Positions 46,680 to 56,273 are shown, counted from the first letter of the stretch. The stretch is DNA of 64,000 nucleotides from an uncultured Gammaproteobacteria bacterium (GCA_964371245.1 CAYJKP010000002.1:102960-166959), one strand, 5' to 3'. Translations and numbers: made by a program. The notes: generated by a model not told the origin, from the sequence alone.

Positions 46680-48244
46680 GAAGTTGTGGACGCAGTACTA
46701 CCTGTACTCTGCTTATCCTCTGTGTTAACGGGGATTGCTCCCAATATATCAATCTGATTATGTCCAAACTCTATCTTTCTTACTAGGCTCTGAAGAATAA
46801 ACTGCTTTTCATCAAATGTAGTATTATTCAGTCTTTTTGAGACATGTTTACAGTAATATTTAATTCCCCTGGAGATAATACTATAAGTAGGATTGTTCTG
46901 TTGTGTTTGGCATGTGTTTTTTTGTTCATTAAGTCGTTTAATGTTTTCTTTAATATTCACCATTTTATCCTTCAATTGATTTAGCTCAACTGCCCCCTCA
47001 CTGTATGCGTCCAACAAACGCTTCTCCTTTTGTTGCTCATTATTAATATCTTTATCTAAGCGTGTTATTTCATTACTGGTTTCCTGAATAGATAGAATAT
47101 TAGTATTTTTTATTCTCTTTACCTGACTCATTATTATATTTGGGTTTATTAATGCCTCACAGACAGTTCCCCAAACTAATGGCTCAAGTATATGCGTACT
47201 GACCATGCTAGCACTACATGTTCTGGGTAACGGAAAATTACGGTGGCGATTACCACATCTGTAAAACGTCTTGTCGTGAACCGGAGTACCATAATATGGC
47301 GATCCACAATCCTTACAAACAACTAAGCCCCTAAGTAAATAGTGGTTCTTTATATTCCTTGGAGACAACTTAACGTTTTCTTTTAATTGTTTTTGAGCTC
47401 GGTCAAAAACGTCCTGTCCAATTATTGACGGCACACTAATGGGTATCCACTCTGATTTATTCCTCAGTTTTCTGCCAGTCCTAACACTCCGTTTATATTT
47501 AACGTTAGTCGGAGACTCAATAGACGCATATTTGTTATAATAGGTTATCCCTGTATATGTGTTATTTCTAATTATTCTAGCCACGCTACTTTTCGCCCAT
47601 TTTCCCTTGCCCCCTCTAGGTTGAATGTTCTCTTGTGTTAATTTTTTAGTAATACCTCGAATACTAAGTCTGTCATCAGTAAACCATTTATAAATTAATC
47701 TAACTACCTTGGCTTCTGTTTCAAGTATTTTGTAATAGCCGTTACGTTTTTCGTTTTTCTTAACATATGTGTATCCATATGGCGGTAAACTTCCAACAAT
47801 ATCGCCCCTTCTGGCCTTTGCTAATCTGCCCCTACGCGTTCTCTCCAATATTTTTCCTTTTTCGTATTCGGCGATTAACCCCTGGAAACCAAGCAATAGT
47901 TGATCCTCTGGATTATCACCAATTTCTCTATTAAAAAATAGTAGTTTTACTTTGTTCTTCTCAAGCTCCTCTTTGATTAAATACTGGTATGCGTAATTTC
48001 TCGCCAATCGATCAGGGGAATGAATTAATGCACCCTCAAAAAGATTCTTTTTAGCGTCATCTCTTAGCCTATCCATGCCTGGCCTAGCCATTATTTCACC
48101 GCTCCAGCCGTCATCAATATATTCATCAATAACTGTATGGTTGTTTTTTTTGGCATACTCTTTCAAAGCATCTACCTGTGATCTAATGGTTTTTTGTTGT
48201 TCTTGCCTCTCAGTCGAAACGCGAGCATAAATCGCAATTTTCAT
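46556..48244 (-). CDS. Large serine recombinase (integrase) of the element; its ORF reads across the left junction into host DNA
   Basis: 562 aa. N-terminal resolvase catalytic domain MKIAIYARVSTERQEQQ (Ser nucleophile). Recombinase domain. Cys-rich zinc-ribbon CKDCGSPYYG...CGNRHRNFPLPRTC. Coiled-coil. The last ~40 codons are GC-rich host sequence in an alternative frame of comM. Confidence 0.85.
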   Translation of the reverse strand: MKIAIYARVSTERQEQQKTIRSQVDALKEYAKKNNHTVIDEYIDDGWSGEIMARPGMDRLRDDAKKNLFEGALIHSPDRLARNYAYQYLIKEELEKNKVKLLFFNREIGDNPEDQLLLGFQGLIAEYEKGKILERTRRGRLAKARRGDIVGSLPPYGYTYVKKNEKRNGYYKILETEAKVVRLIYKWFTDDRLSIRGITKKLTQENIQPRGGKGKWAKSSVARIIRNNTYTGITYYNKYASIESPTNVKYKRSVRTGRKLRNKSEWIPISVPSIIGQDVFDRAQKQLKENVKLSPRNIKNHYLLRGLVVCKDCGSPYYGTPVHDKTFYRCGNRHRNFPLPRTCSASMVSTHILEPLVWGTVCEALINPNIIMSQVKRIKNTNILSIQETSNEITRLDKDINNEQQKEKRLLDAYSEGAVELNQLKDKMVNIKENIKRLNEQKNTCQTQQNNPTYSIISRGIKYYCKHVSKRLNNTTFDEKQFILQSLVRKIEFGHNQIDILGAIPVNTEDKQSTGSTASTTSFFPDRPVQGRPFWPKPSFRSCLSLSWKNRSRSPRFTASPV

Positions 48245-48351
48245 ATTTATTGTCTAAATTATTGGTTATGTTAGAATACAAAAGCAGTAATCTGCACCAA
48301 AGACTTCTTGTTTAGCGATGGGGAGTCTTTTGGTATATTGTTTCGCTTTCT

Positions 48352-48756
48352 TTACTGTGGGTATCTTTTAAAACATTCATCTTTCGATTCTTTACGAAAA
48401 CTTTCAATATGATTTGCGGTTGCTGAAGGAAGGCTACAGTCGTCCTTTAATTTTCTTGATTCACATTCTGTCTTCCATTGCGCCAAATAGCTTTCATCTG
48501 CTGACTGTAGACATACATTTAATAATCTTGTGTTCAATGATTCTTTTGATTTTTCATCCTCTATTTTTTTTTGTTCTGACGACCATTTGTCTCTCTCAAA
48601 GTCTAATTTCGCTTTCTCTTTTTGCGGTATAAAAATCACAAAGTAGTAAAATATTGACCCGGCGACAATTAATATACCTAATACAATGGCGATTGTAATA
48701 ATTTTTTTATGATATTTATGTCTATTTTCTTGTTCGTTGATTAATTGCTCTTCCAT
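48352..48756 (-). CDS. Element-encoded small membrane protein (hypothetical)
   Basis: 134 aa. TM helix KIITIAIVLGILIVAGSIFYYFVIFI. Charged C-terminus. Confidence 0.4.
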   Translation of the reverse strand: MEEQLINEQENRHKYHKKIITIAIVLGILIVAGSIFYYFVIFIPQKEKAKLDFERDKWSSEQKKIEDEKSKESLNTRLLNVCLQSADESYLAQWKTECESRKLKDDCSLPSATANHIESFRKESKDECFKRYPQ

Positions 48757-48768
48757 AAATTATAAAAG

Positions 48769-48933
48769 TTAATTGTTAGTCTTGTTTAATAATTTATAAA
48801 TATTTTTTTCACTAATTCTCCAATGCCCAATCTTAGAAGCTTTTATTTTACCAGATTTAATATAACGAAAAATCGTTCGTTCACTTACTCTTAATATAGC
48901 GGCTACTTCTTTGATCGTTAGTAGTCTGTCCAT
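48769..48933 (-). CDS. Excisionase/Xis-like HTH DNA-binding protein (54 aa)
   Basis: Hand translation: MDRLLTIKEVAAILRVSERTIFRYIKSGKIKASKIGHWRISEKNIYKLLNKTNN. Typical excisionase-family HTH. Sits next to the recombinase gene. Confidence 0.55.
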   Translation of the reverse strand: MDRLLTIKEVAAILRVSERTIFRYIKSGKIKASKIGHWRISEKNIYKLLNKTNN

Positions 48934-49075
48934 ATAAACATAGTGTAAAACGATATATTTCTATTGTCAAGTATTGTCATGCTTTGTCATTCTATTGACT
49001 TGTTGGGCTTACGGGCGTATGTTTGGGTTGCAAGAGTTCCTTGATTAAACGCTAATTGTCTAATTAATCCTGTAT

Positions 49076-49861
49076 ATGAAAGAAAAATCAATTATTCATT
49101 TCTTGATTCTCGGAATGTTCTCCATTATTGTTGGTGGTGGAATTCTTTGGTATGCATCACAATTCAAGACTGATTCTTCTACCATAGGAATTATTCATAA
49201 TATTCCAAAAGTATTAGGCGAAGAAACAAAAAATATTAATGTTCCGGCAGTAAATACTAATGAACCTATTGTAGAAGAAAAAGCTGCATCTCAACCAGTT
49301 GCTTCAACAGGAATGTCATCTAGCGAAGTAAGTGGACTATTTTTGACTTATTATAATCGCGGCGCTAGCCAAGATGAACTTAATTGGTGGTCGGGGCGAA
49401 ATAAATCAGAACTAGAGTCTAACTTAAAGAGCCATCCACTAACTAAAGACAATAATCAATCCCAACAAACTGCTACAAATACTAATACCAACTCAACACC
49501 TACTACAAATACCAACGCCACGCCCACACCGACTCCTACTGTTGACCCTGCGATAAAAATCGAGCTCTGTAAGTCCGAAGCGGATACAGCTAAGATAGCC
49601 GCAAAAACAACATGCACTAACTCTGCGATGGAAGCGTTTCGTGCAGACCCCAATAACGTCATGGCCCTGAAAGAATCGTCGAAGTGCAACACCAAATATT
49701 CCGACATCTTTGATCCCAGTGCAAGAAATTCCTTAATAAATCAATGCGTAAGCATGTATACTCAAGTAATGAGCGACATAAAATCCGGCTACCTGACCAA
49801 GATACCTGCATGCACAGATGCGGTCTATCAAAATACCTATACTGAATGTTTGAATAAGTAA
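49076..49861 (+). CDS. Element-encoded secreted protein with a Thr/Asn-rich linker and a Cys-containing C-terminal domain (hypothetical)
   Basis: 261 aa. N-terminal TM/signal IIHFLILGMFSIIVGGGILWYA. Linker QQTATNTNTNSTPTTNTNATPTPTPTV. C-terminal domain with 6 Cys. Confidence 0.5.
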   Translation: MKEKSIIHFLILGMFSIIVGGGILWYASQFKTDSSTIGIIHNIPKVLGEETKNINVPAVNTNEPIVEEKAASQPVASTGMSSSEVSGLFLTYYNRGASQDELNWWSGRNKSELESNLKSHPLTKDNNQSQQTATNTNTNSTPTTNTNATPTPTPTVDPAIKIELCKSEADTAKIAAKTTCTNSAMEAFRADPNNVMALKESSKCNTKYSDIFDPSARNSLINQCVSMYTQVMSDIKSGYLTKIPACTDAVYQNTYTECLNK

Positions 49862-50086
49862 CACCATTTGAGCATAAGAATACTTTTTCATAGTACTAGA
49901 CAACTGGTATTTTTTACTTTATTTAATCAACCTCTTTTAAGTAGTAACAAAATCACTTAACTCTCTTTATATGATTCGTAAAATCATAATCAAGTCTCTT
50001 GAGTAATCCATAGTTACTATATACCCCATAGTTACCTACTTAATAGAACAGATACTATATAGTTACTAGAGTACTATATTAGGGTA

Positions 50087-50380
50087 TTACGTCTGTAAGC
50101 TTTCTTTGAAGACCTGATTATTGAATTCTTCGACTATCTTCGTTTCTAATTCTTTCCATAGTTCGGGGTTTTCGCAATAATAGTAGAATTCCCATTTTTT
50201 GTTATCCTTTTGTTTTCTGGGTGGATAAACAAAATAGTTACCATCTAATTTACGAAGATGTACGGTGAAACCTTTTATCCTGTGAACGTCATCAATAATG
50301 ATGTTGGCGATAGCCAGTGTTGAGCTACCCGGTTTTTTAGTTTTAACGCTGACTTTGATGTTTGATGTATCAATACTCAT
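50087..50380 (-). CDS. SpoVG-like protein
   Basis: 97 aa. ...KVSVKTKKPGSSTLAIANIIIDDVHRIKGFTVHLRKLDGNYFVYPPRKQKDNKKWEFYYYCENPELWKELETKIVEEF follows the SpoVG pattern (..AiAsitlD.efvvhdirvi.g.nGlFVamPsrk...g.frdi.hpin...r..i...vl.ey). Confidence 0.4.
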   Translation of the reverse strand: MSIDTSNIKVSVKTKKPGSSTLAIANIIIDDVHRIKGFTVHLRKLDGNYFVYPPRKQKDNKKWEFYYYCENPELWKELETKIVEEFNNQVFKESLQT

Positions 50381-50451
50381 TTTCGATAAATTATTTTGTT
50401 AGAGGACAATTTTTAGTGCTCACAGACACAAATAGGGGGGTCAAAACGGGG

Positions 50452-50661
50452 TCATAACAAAAGCTGACGTCTTAGGATGTCCTTGATTATCTGTTCTTTT
50501 TCAGAAGGGTCATAATCGTCCCTTGAGACACACTTGTTGAAGTGTTTACGGATCAGCCTCGGTTTGTCGGTATTATTCAATGACTGCCAAAATGCAGGTA
50601 CATCACCAACAAGTGGGTTTTTTCTTTTAATTGCCTTGAATCGTGTTGATATTGATTTCAT
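50452..50661 (-). CDS. Element-encoded hypothetical protein (69 aa)
   Basis: ORF only; no motifs. Confidence 0.25.
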   Translation of the reverse strand: MKSISTRFKAIKRKNPLVGDVPAFWQSLNNTDKPRLIRKHFNKCVSRDDYDPSEKEQIIKDILRRQLLL

Positions 50662-51250
50662 GGTTTTTGTGAGTTATTCATCTTGATTTTAATTATTGTT
50701 ATGTCGTATTTTCTTCTCAATTTCATAAATATCTTTTAGCAGTAAATCAAACACAATGTTTAAACTATTATTCTGTAATTCGTTTTTTTCTTGTATGATT
50801 GTTATTTTGTAAAGATTTGTTTTTTCCATATAAAAAGAGCTAACCAATTTAGCTCCTCACGGGTATGCGCGAAGATTTAATAATTTATTTATTACAAATC
50901 ATAAATTATTGGTCAAGCTTCTAAGCAGCACAGCCTATGAACATGTTATTAACAATTTACGTAATATATTAACAAAACTGGAGTAATTTCCAGTTTATTG
51001 TTTATATATTAATCGAGTAATTTGATGGTATATCCCTACTATTTTGTACCAATCGCAGTACGTATACTGTTTTAGTCAAGACGAGTGTAATATGTGCCAG
51101 TTATCGGTTACACCGAAGTATGCAAATTGTAATGGCCTTTTTGTGATATATGGTTTGAGAGTCATAAAATTACTACGACCCCAAACTACACCCCACCCCT
51201 CTATGTCCCCTCGTTGTATTTGGTTAAATAAATGTTTATTCCAGAGCTTT

Positions 51251-52255
51251 CTACCCGCCTGGGCAAATGCTCTCACATGGCACACCATCTTTATCATTAT
51301 CTCTAATTGAACAACCACAATTATTCAACTGATAATATGCCTCCTCGCAGGTGGATATTTGCGTGCAAGTCTTCTTGCAGTCGCATGTATATTTTGACGT
51401 ATTAGTATCTGTGGCTGTGTTTGTATTTGTAACAACGTTTGTGTTGGTAGTTGTGTTCGTATTTACGACTGTATTGATATTTGCTGCTGTGTTAGTACTT
51501 GTCTGTGTTGTGGGTATTTCCGTAGAACCATTGCAAGTATTATCCGCCCATAATCCCTTCTTGCCTTCACGAGCCCGAGTTTCTAGAGTTTTATATTCCT
51601 CCGTCTTTGAAGTCGGATACTTCAAATAGGCATACGCGTACCCTTCCCGAATCATCGTTGCTCCAATGTCTTCATTTTCTAAGTATATATACCGCAACAA
51701 CCTGCCGTACTTATCTCTATCCCCTTGGCTAGCATCCACTAATAGTATTACCTTTTTACCATTAACCAACTCTTTCATTTTATCAGACGCTTCCTTGCCA
51801 AAACACTGAACCGCTTTTCTAGGATCAACTGTCTCTGGAGTATCAATTCCGAGAATACGTATCTTGTTTCCATCAGATAATTTTACTGTGTCCCCATCAA
51901 CCACGCTTGAAATAATTGCTTCCGAACCAACCGGATTTGTTATACTTGAATTACTCGACGATACAACTGTATAGTTTGAGGGGATTGTTACGTCCTCTTG
52001 TTTTATATCTACTACAGAATCATCTGCGGTCTTATCATCGTCATATTCTACCAGTGAAGGTATAGTGATTGTTTTTGTGACTTCTGAATTGACGTTATTA
52101 TTTGTATTGTTTTGCGGCTGATTTGAATTTGTTTTATTGCTACTACTAATTGACGCAATTCCAATTATAAATAATATAAAGCCACCTATAATCCAAAGCC
52201 ATTTTTTACTTTTCTTTTTTGGTTTTTGTTCTTGATCTGTCTGTTGATTGTCCAT
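51251..52255 (-). CDS. Membrane-anchored secreted thermonuclease (staphylococcal nuclease/SNase family) with a Thr/Asn-rich linker and a Cys-rich C-terminal module
   Basis: 334 aa. TM WLWIIGGFILFIIGIASI. SNase core VVDGDTVKLSDGNKIRILGIDTPET...GRLLRYIYLENEDIGATMIREGYAYAYLKYP. T/N-rich stretch. C-terminus CDCKKTCTQISTCEEAYYQLNNCGCS...CESICPGG. Confidence 0.7.
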   Translation of the reverse strand: MDNQQTDQEQKPKKKSKKWLWIIGGFILFIIGIASISSSNKTNSNQPQNNTNNNVNSEVTKTITIPSLVEYDDDKTADDSVVDIKQEDVTIPSNYTVVSSSNSSITNPVGSEAIISSVVDGDTVKLSDGNKIRILGIDTPETVDPRKAVQCFGKEASDKMKELVNGKKVILLVDASQGDRDKYGRLLRYIYLENEDIGATMIREGYAYAYLKYPTSKTEEYKTLETRAREGKKGLWADNTCNGSTEIPTTQTSTNTAANINTVVNTNTTTNTNVVTNTNTATDTNTSKYTCDCKKTCTQISTCEEAYYQLNNCGCSIRDNDKDGVPCESICPGG

Positions 52256-52270
52256 AAATGTATTGATTAT

Positions 52271-52462
52271 TTAAGTACCAAAATGCCTCCCACACAATGT
52301 TGTGCAACCTTGGGCTTTAATGTCGGGCATGTCTTTAAGACATTGAATCCGGCAAGCCTCAAATTCTGTCTTTTGGCTTGGCCTTAAAACAAGATAATAT
52401 GCAACCGATAACGCAACAAGCCAAATTCCAAATACGATGCTGATTTTTAGAAACTTGCTCAT
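52271..52462 (-). CDS. Element-encoded small membrane protein (63 aa, 4 Cys)
   Basis: TM ISIVFGIWLVALSVAYYLVL, then CRIQC...C..LC. Confidence 0.3.
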   Translation of the reverse strand: MSKFLKISIVFGIWLVALSVAYYLVLRPSQKTEFEACRIQCLKDMPDIKAQGCTTLCGRHFGT

Positions 52463-52523
52463 AACATTGTTAGTTAATTTTTAATAATATATCGATCTAA
52501 TCTCGTCAATAATATATATGATC

Positions 52524-52982
52524 CTATTTATTTGCTTGTTTTTTAGTTGTATATTTTTCAGCCATCTCAATAATGTAGGAATTGTAACTACCGCTATTCC
52601 ATAAATCTTTATTAAACCAAGCCCAAATTTTAATTTTTTTCATCAGAATATTCTTAATCTCTTCTATTTCTTGATTTGTTGGTATCGTTATATTTTGTTT
52701 ATTGTTCTTTTCTTTGTAGTAATAAATATAGCCATCAATGAGTTCTTGTCTCGCACGAACAAATCCGGAATGTTGAGCATATACCAATAAGATAAGTGAC
52801 AGAAAATATACAACAATTAATATAACCCACCAATTTCCATCAGCCTGTAGCTTTGAAATACCATCATCAATTACTCGGAAAATAGTAATGATTAGTAAAC
52901 CAACAAAAGCAACAATTGGAACATAAGCTAGGGCAATTAGCATATTTTCCCACAAATTTCTTTTCCTAAACGTAATAAGCAC
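52524..52982 (-). CDS. Element-encoded membrane protein (152 aa, hypothetical)
   Basis: Two TM helices. AT-rich codon usage like the rest of the element. Confidence 0.35.
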   Translation of the reverse strand: MLITFRKRNLWENMLIALAYVPIVAFVGLLIITIFRVIDDGISKLQADGNWWVILIVVYFLSLILLVYAQHSGFVRARQELIDGYIYYYKEKNNKQNITIPTNQEIEEIKNILMKKIKIWAWFNKDLWNSGSYNSYIIEMAEKYTTKKQANK

Positions 52983-53134
52983 TTTTGTTGATTTTCACTT
53001 AATGCCCTGTATTGAAGTTATATGCCCAGGCCATACCCCCCCCTATATACGCCCCCTCTTTGTATATATAGTTAAATTATACCCTCTTTGGCATCTTTTT
53101 GACCAACCGAAACTCAATGCTTGTTGTACTGTGT

Positions 53135-53830
53135 CTATAATTTAAGCAGGTTATGCCCGCCGGCGGCGGCAATCTCAAGCGCCCGTTTTGCCTGTTCTTG
53201 TCCTTTTATCTGGGAAAAATTAACTGGATATTCAAAGCATTCCCGCCTCGACGCGGTCTGGGTAAACACGGTTAGCGGCGTCGTTCCCTCCAGATGGGCA
53301 ATGAGCGTGTTGAGCGACTGAACCGGATAAATTTCGAGACCGGGAATGATGGCTGCTTCAGCTGCGTTCGCCGCTGGTAAAAATATTTTCCGTAGGCCGT
53401 GGCGTTTGGCTGCCTGCATAATTGAGAGCATCCCCGTAACTGGCCGGAGACGTCCTTCTAAAGAAAGCTCACCGATAAACAGCGCATTGTGGTTGGCCGG
53501 CTGGATTTGGCGCGAGGCCATCAGGATGCTGACCGCGATCGGTAAATCAAACCCTGGTCCTTCTTTTTTCATATCGGCCGGTGCCAGATTCACCGTCACG
53601 CGCGTCGTCGGAAAACGAACGGCGCTGTTTTTTATCGATGAACGAACCCGTTCGCGCGCTTCTTGGACGGCGAGATCCGGCAATCCGACGATGAAAAATT
53701 TTGGCAGACCCGAGGCGATATCCGCCTCGACCTCGACTAATTCGGCCTCGAGGCCGACCACGGCCGCTGATAACACTTTTCCAGGCATAGAAAAACAGGC
53801 TCGTCTCGCCTGCCATTTAAAACCTACCAT
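53135..53830 (-). pseudogene. comM: comM, N-terminal part (ChlI-like N-domain up to just before the P-loop), truncated by the element
   Basis: 231 aa ending ...FSQIKGQEQAKRALEIAAAGGHNLLKL*. In intact ComM/YifB this segment is immediately followed by the GPPGxGKT Walker A motif, which is found at 46679. Confidence 0.75.
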
Positions 53831-53925
53831 AATGAATTAACCCGTGTCAACCGCTTCTTCTAGAAAAGAAGAAGCCCCACAAGCATTGCCTGTAGGGCAG
53901 CGTCGGTCTGAACCGACGTAACAGA

Positions 53926-54360
53926 TCAGGATCTAATTGGCTTGGGCCCGGGAGGAAACATCACCCGGGCCAGCGAGTCCGCCGGATAGGGCGAGAACAT
54001 CAGCACCGATGCGCGCGACATGGGATCGTAAAGATCTCTGGCGGCCGTGACGACACCGATGGTGCGATCCCACTTGGCGAAATCCTGTAACTCTATCGGC
54101 TTGATCAGCTCTTGCTTCCAAGCCTTATACAGGATGGTCGTGTGGTCATCAACGTTGGCCAGGAACTTGAGCCGTCCGTCGAGATCCTCCACTCCGACGA
54201 GACACAGACCATCGGTATTCTGGATGATCATGCGGCCGGAGAGCGCCTCATACGTCAGGTACTCTGGATTCGTGGTCAGTGCCGGATGAGTGGCGCACCC
54301 ACCGACAACCAGTGCGGCGACCAGAATCGAAACGGCGAACAACGACTGCAGCAGTCTCAT
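53926..54360 (-). CDS. Lipoprotein (hypothetical)
   Basis: 144 aa. Signal peptide with lipobox MRLLQSLFAVSILVAALVVGGC. Confidence 0.5.
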   Translation of the reverse strand: MRLLQSLFAVSILVAALVVGGCATHPALTTNPEYLTYEALSGRMIIQNTDGLCLVGVEDLDGRLKFLANVDDHTTILYKAWKQELIKPIELQDFAKWDRTIGVVTAARDLYDPMSRASVLMFSPYPADSLARVMFPPGPKPIRS

Positions 54361-54509
54361 AATGAAACTTCCCCTTTCCGCGATGTACCGACTTCTGTCT
54401 AGGCCTAGGTTGTCAACCGAGTAATTTAGCAGAAAACACAGTTTTTGTCAATACCCTAGCCGGATAGAACATTTATCAACATTTATTAACCTGCTATGAT
54501 AGCAATACT

Positions 54510-55157
54510 ATGCTCGGTTTTCTTCACAAAAAAACAACCCGGCGTATCTTGGGCGAATTCGGTTTTTCCGAATCCGCGCAGGCCCTGGTCGTTTCGTCCT
54601 GCGTCTGGCCTGACGCGGTTCGATATTTTGACGACCGCTACCACGCCCAAACACCCCTTCGATCGGACGGTCGGCCGCAACCGGCTGATGAGGCTGCTTT
54701 ACGCTTCAGCCTGCTCTTGTCTCTATTAATCAATAAAGTCCGGTCGGACGAACCAGCCGAACGGATCGCGTGGCTGGGCGTCTGCCTGCATCTTGTCCAA
54801 GACCTGGCCGTCCACCAAGGCAATACCGGACCGGAACATTTCTGGCAATTATTTTGGCTGTGGAAATTCCCTGATATCGCACCAGCTGATGTTCGACGGG
54901 CGCGTGATTTCAGCCGACAATTTCTCGCTGCTATCCGAGTAAAATTTGGCGAAGTGTTTTGGCACGATCTTATTACTACGCCCATCCCCGCCCTAACGCC
55001 AAACCAGTTGCGCCAGCGTCTTCTTGGAAAAAGTGATTTTTCCTGGCAATCTGTTTTTCAATTTGTCCGAAACGTCTGGCAATATCTCTGGTGGCCGCGA
55101 TCAGCCAAGCGCACGCGCTGGGACATTGCGGCAGTCTTGCGGCAGGCCTTACAATAA
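54510..55157 (+). CDS. Hypothetical protein (215 aa), the only sizeable + strand gene in this block
   Basis: GC-rich ORF with no overlapping better ORF. Contains several His and Trp (HLVQDLAVHQGNTGPEHFWQLFWLW) but no confident family match. Confidence 0.35.
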   Translation: MLGFLHKKTTRRILGEFGFSESAQALVVSSCVWPDAVRYFDDRYHAQTPLRSDGRPQPADEAALRFSLLLSLLINKVRSDEPAERIAWLGVCLHLVQDLAVHQGNTGPEHFWQLFWLWKFPDIAPADVRRARDFSRQFLAAIRVKFGEVFWHDLITTPIPALTPNQLRQRLLGKSDFSWQSVFQFVRNVWQYLWWPRSAKRTRWDIAAVLRQALQ

Positions 55158-55203
55158 ACACAAAAAAACAGCACTGACACCCAGGCTGTTTTTTTTGTTA
55201 CCC

Positions 55204-55674
55204 TTATTTTTCCGCCGGTTGCTTTTTGGCGCTCGGCCGGAGCCACGAGAGCAGGACGAGAACAACTCCGCCGATGATAAGTAAATCGGCAAAATTAAAT
55301 ACCGGCCAACCGAAAAGACTGAAGTAGTCGATCACGTGGCGATATATGAGCCGGTCAATCAAGTTGCTTAGCGCCCCAACGCAAACTATACTCAAACCCC
55401 AAATGAGAAATATTTGCTTGTGCCGAAACGACTGGATTAGCCAGACCAACACACCGGCTATTGCCACCCCGACAGCGGCGATGATCACCGGATACGGTAC
55501 GGTTAAACCAAATCCGATGCCGGTATTGGTAAAATACCCGTAGACTAAATGCGAACCGAGCAACGGCCGGGGCGCGCTCAGTTGTTTCGCGACAAGCTTG
55601 CCGGCTTGGTCCGTGAATAAAACAAGCCAGAGCAGAAGCGCGTAGATATAAGGATAACGAAAGGGATTAAGCAT
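55204..55674 (-). CDS. lspA: Lipoprotein signal peptidase (signal peptidase II)
   Basis: 156 aa with four TM helices. LspA motifs YFTNTGIGFGL and WPVFNFADLLIIGGVVL. Confidence 0.8.
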   Translation of the reverse strand: MLNPFRYPYIYALLLWLVLFTDQAGKLVAKQLSAPRPLLGSHLVYGYFTNTGIGFGLTVPYPVIIAAVGVAIAGVLVWLIQSFRHKQIFLIWGLSIVCVGALSNLIDRLIYRHVIDYFSLFGWPVFNFADLLIIGGVVLVLLSWLRPSAKKQPAEK

Positions 55675-55812
55675 GGTAAATAAAAATCCTCCACCCTTAG
55701 TATAGCCGTTCGGGTCGAGGCCGACAAATCTTTTCCCAAAAAGAAGAAGCCGCGAATGCCCTATAGAAAGATTATATGGCCTGCGGCCTCCATCGTCATA
55801 GCTCGATCCTCG

Positions 55813-55858
55813 TTGGATAGTTTGACTACTCCACTCTTGAAGCGTTCAAACTATCCAA
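55813..55858. repeat. Perfect 13-bp inverted repeat (stem-loop) in the lspA upstream intergenic region
   Basis: TTGGATAGTTTGA - 20 nt - TCAAACTATCCAA, read directly from the sequence. Confidence 0.6.
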
Positions 55859-56273
55859 CGAAGGCATTCCCGCCATAACGTTATTGCGTTGTTCTATCCG
55901 GCTATCGAACACGCGAATCTCACACCGTTCTTGTGGTATGCCCCGAAACCCGAAGGTTTTAAAGCGTACCTTTTTGATTTTTGTTTTCCCTTTTTGGGGG
56001 GAATTTTTTTTGGTTTTCAGCCTGCCGGAAAGGCAAGCGTTTCGAACAGTGTGAAATTCCCATCCCTGGTGTTGTAGAAGGGGCATCTCACACCATTCCG
56101 GCATGAAATCGTTATACTGTCAATGTTCTAGCTCCAGTATAGCAAAGAAAATAGGCCTTGTCAAGAGCGAGCATAATAACCGTTTTATCCTAATACTAGC
56201 CACTATCTCGTTTATTCGCTCTTGCGGTGCATTGTGAGCAACTTGTGAAGAACATGTGGCGTTATCCACACAG

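Larger units (their letters stand above)
46680..53143. mobile_element. About 6.5 kb AT-rich integrative element inserted in comM, with a large serine recombinase at one end
   Basis: Sharp GC drop at 46680 and GC rise at 53144. comM reads ...GGHNLLKL* at the right junction and ...HNFLFSGPPGSGKT at the left junction. Imperfect direct repeat cataacctgctt / cacaacttcctt at the two junctions. Cargo genes are all unrelated to the flanking genes. Confidence 0.8.

Noticed and set aside
53135-53840. Plus-strand 164-aa ORF (53346-53840) antisense to the comM N-terminal fragment
   Set aside because: Low-complexity Ala/Arg/Ser-rich shadow frame of a GC-rich gene with clear ComM homology on the minus strand.
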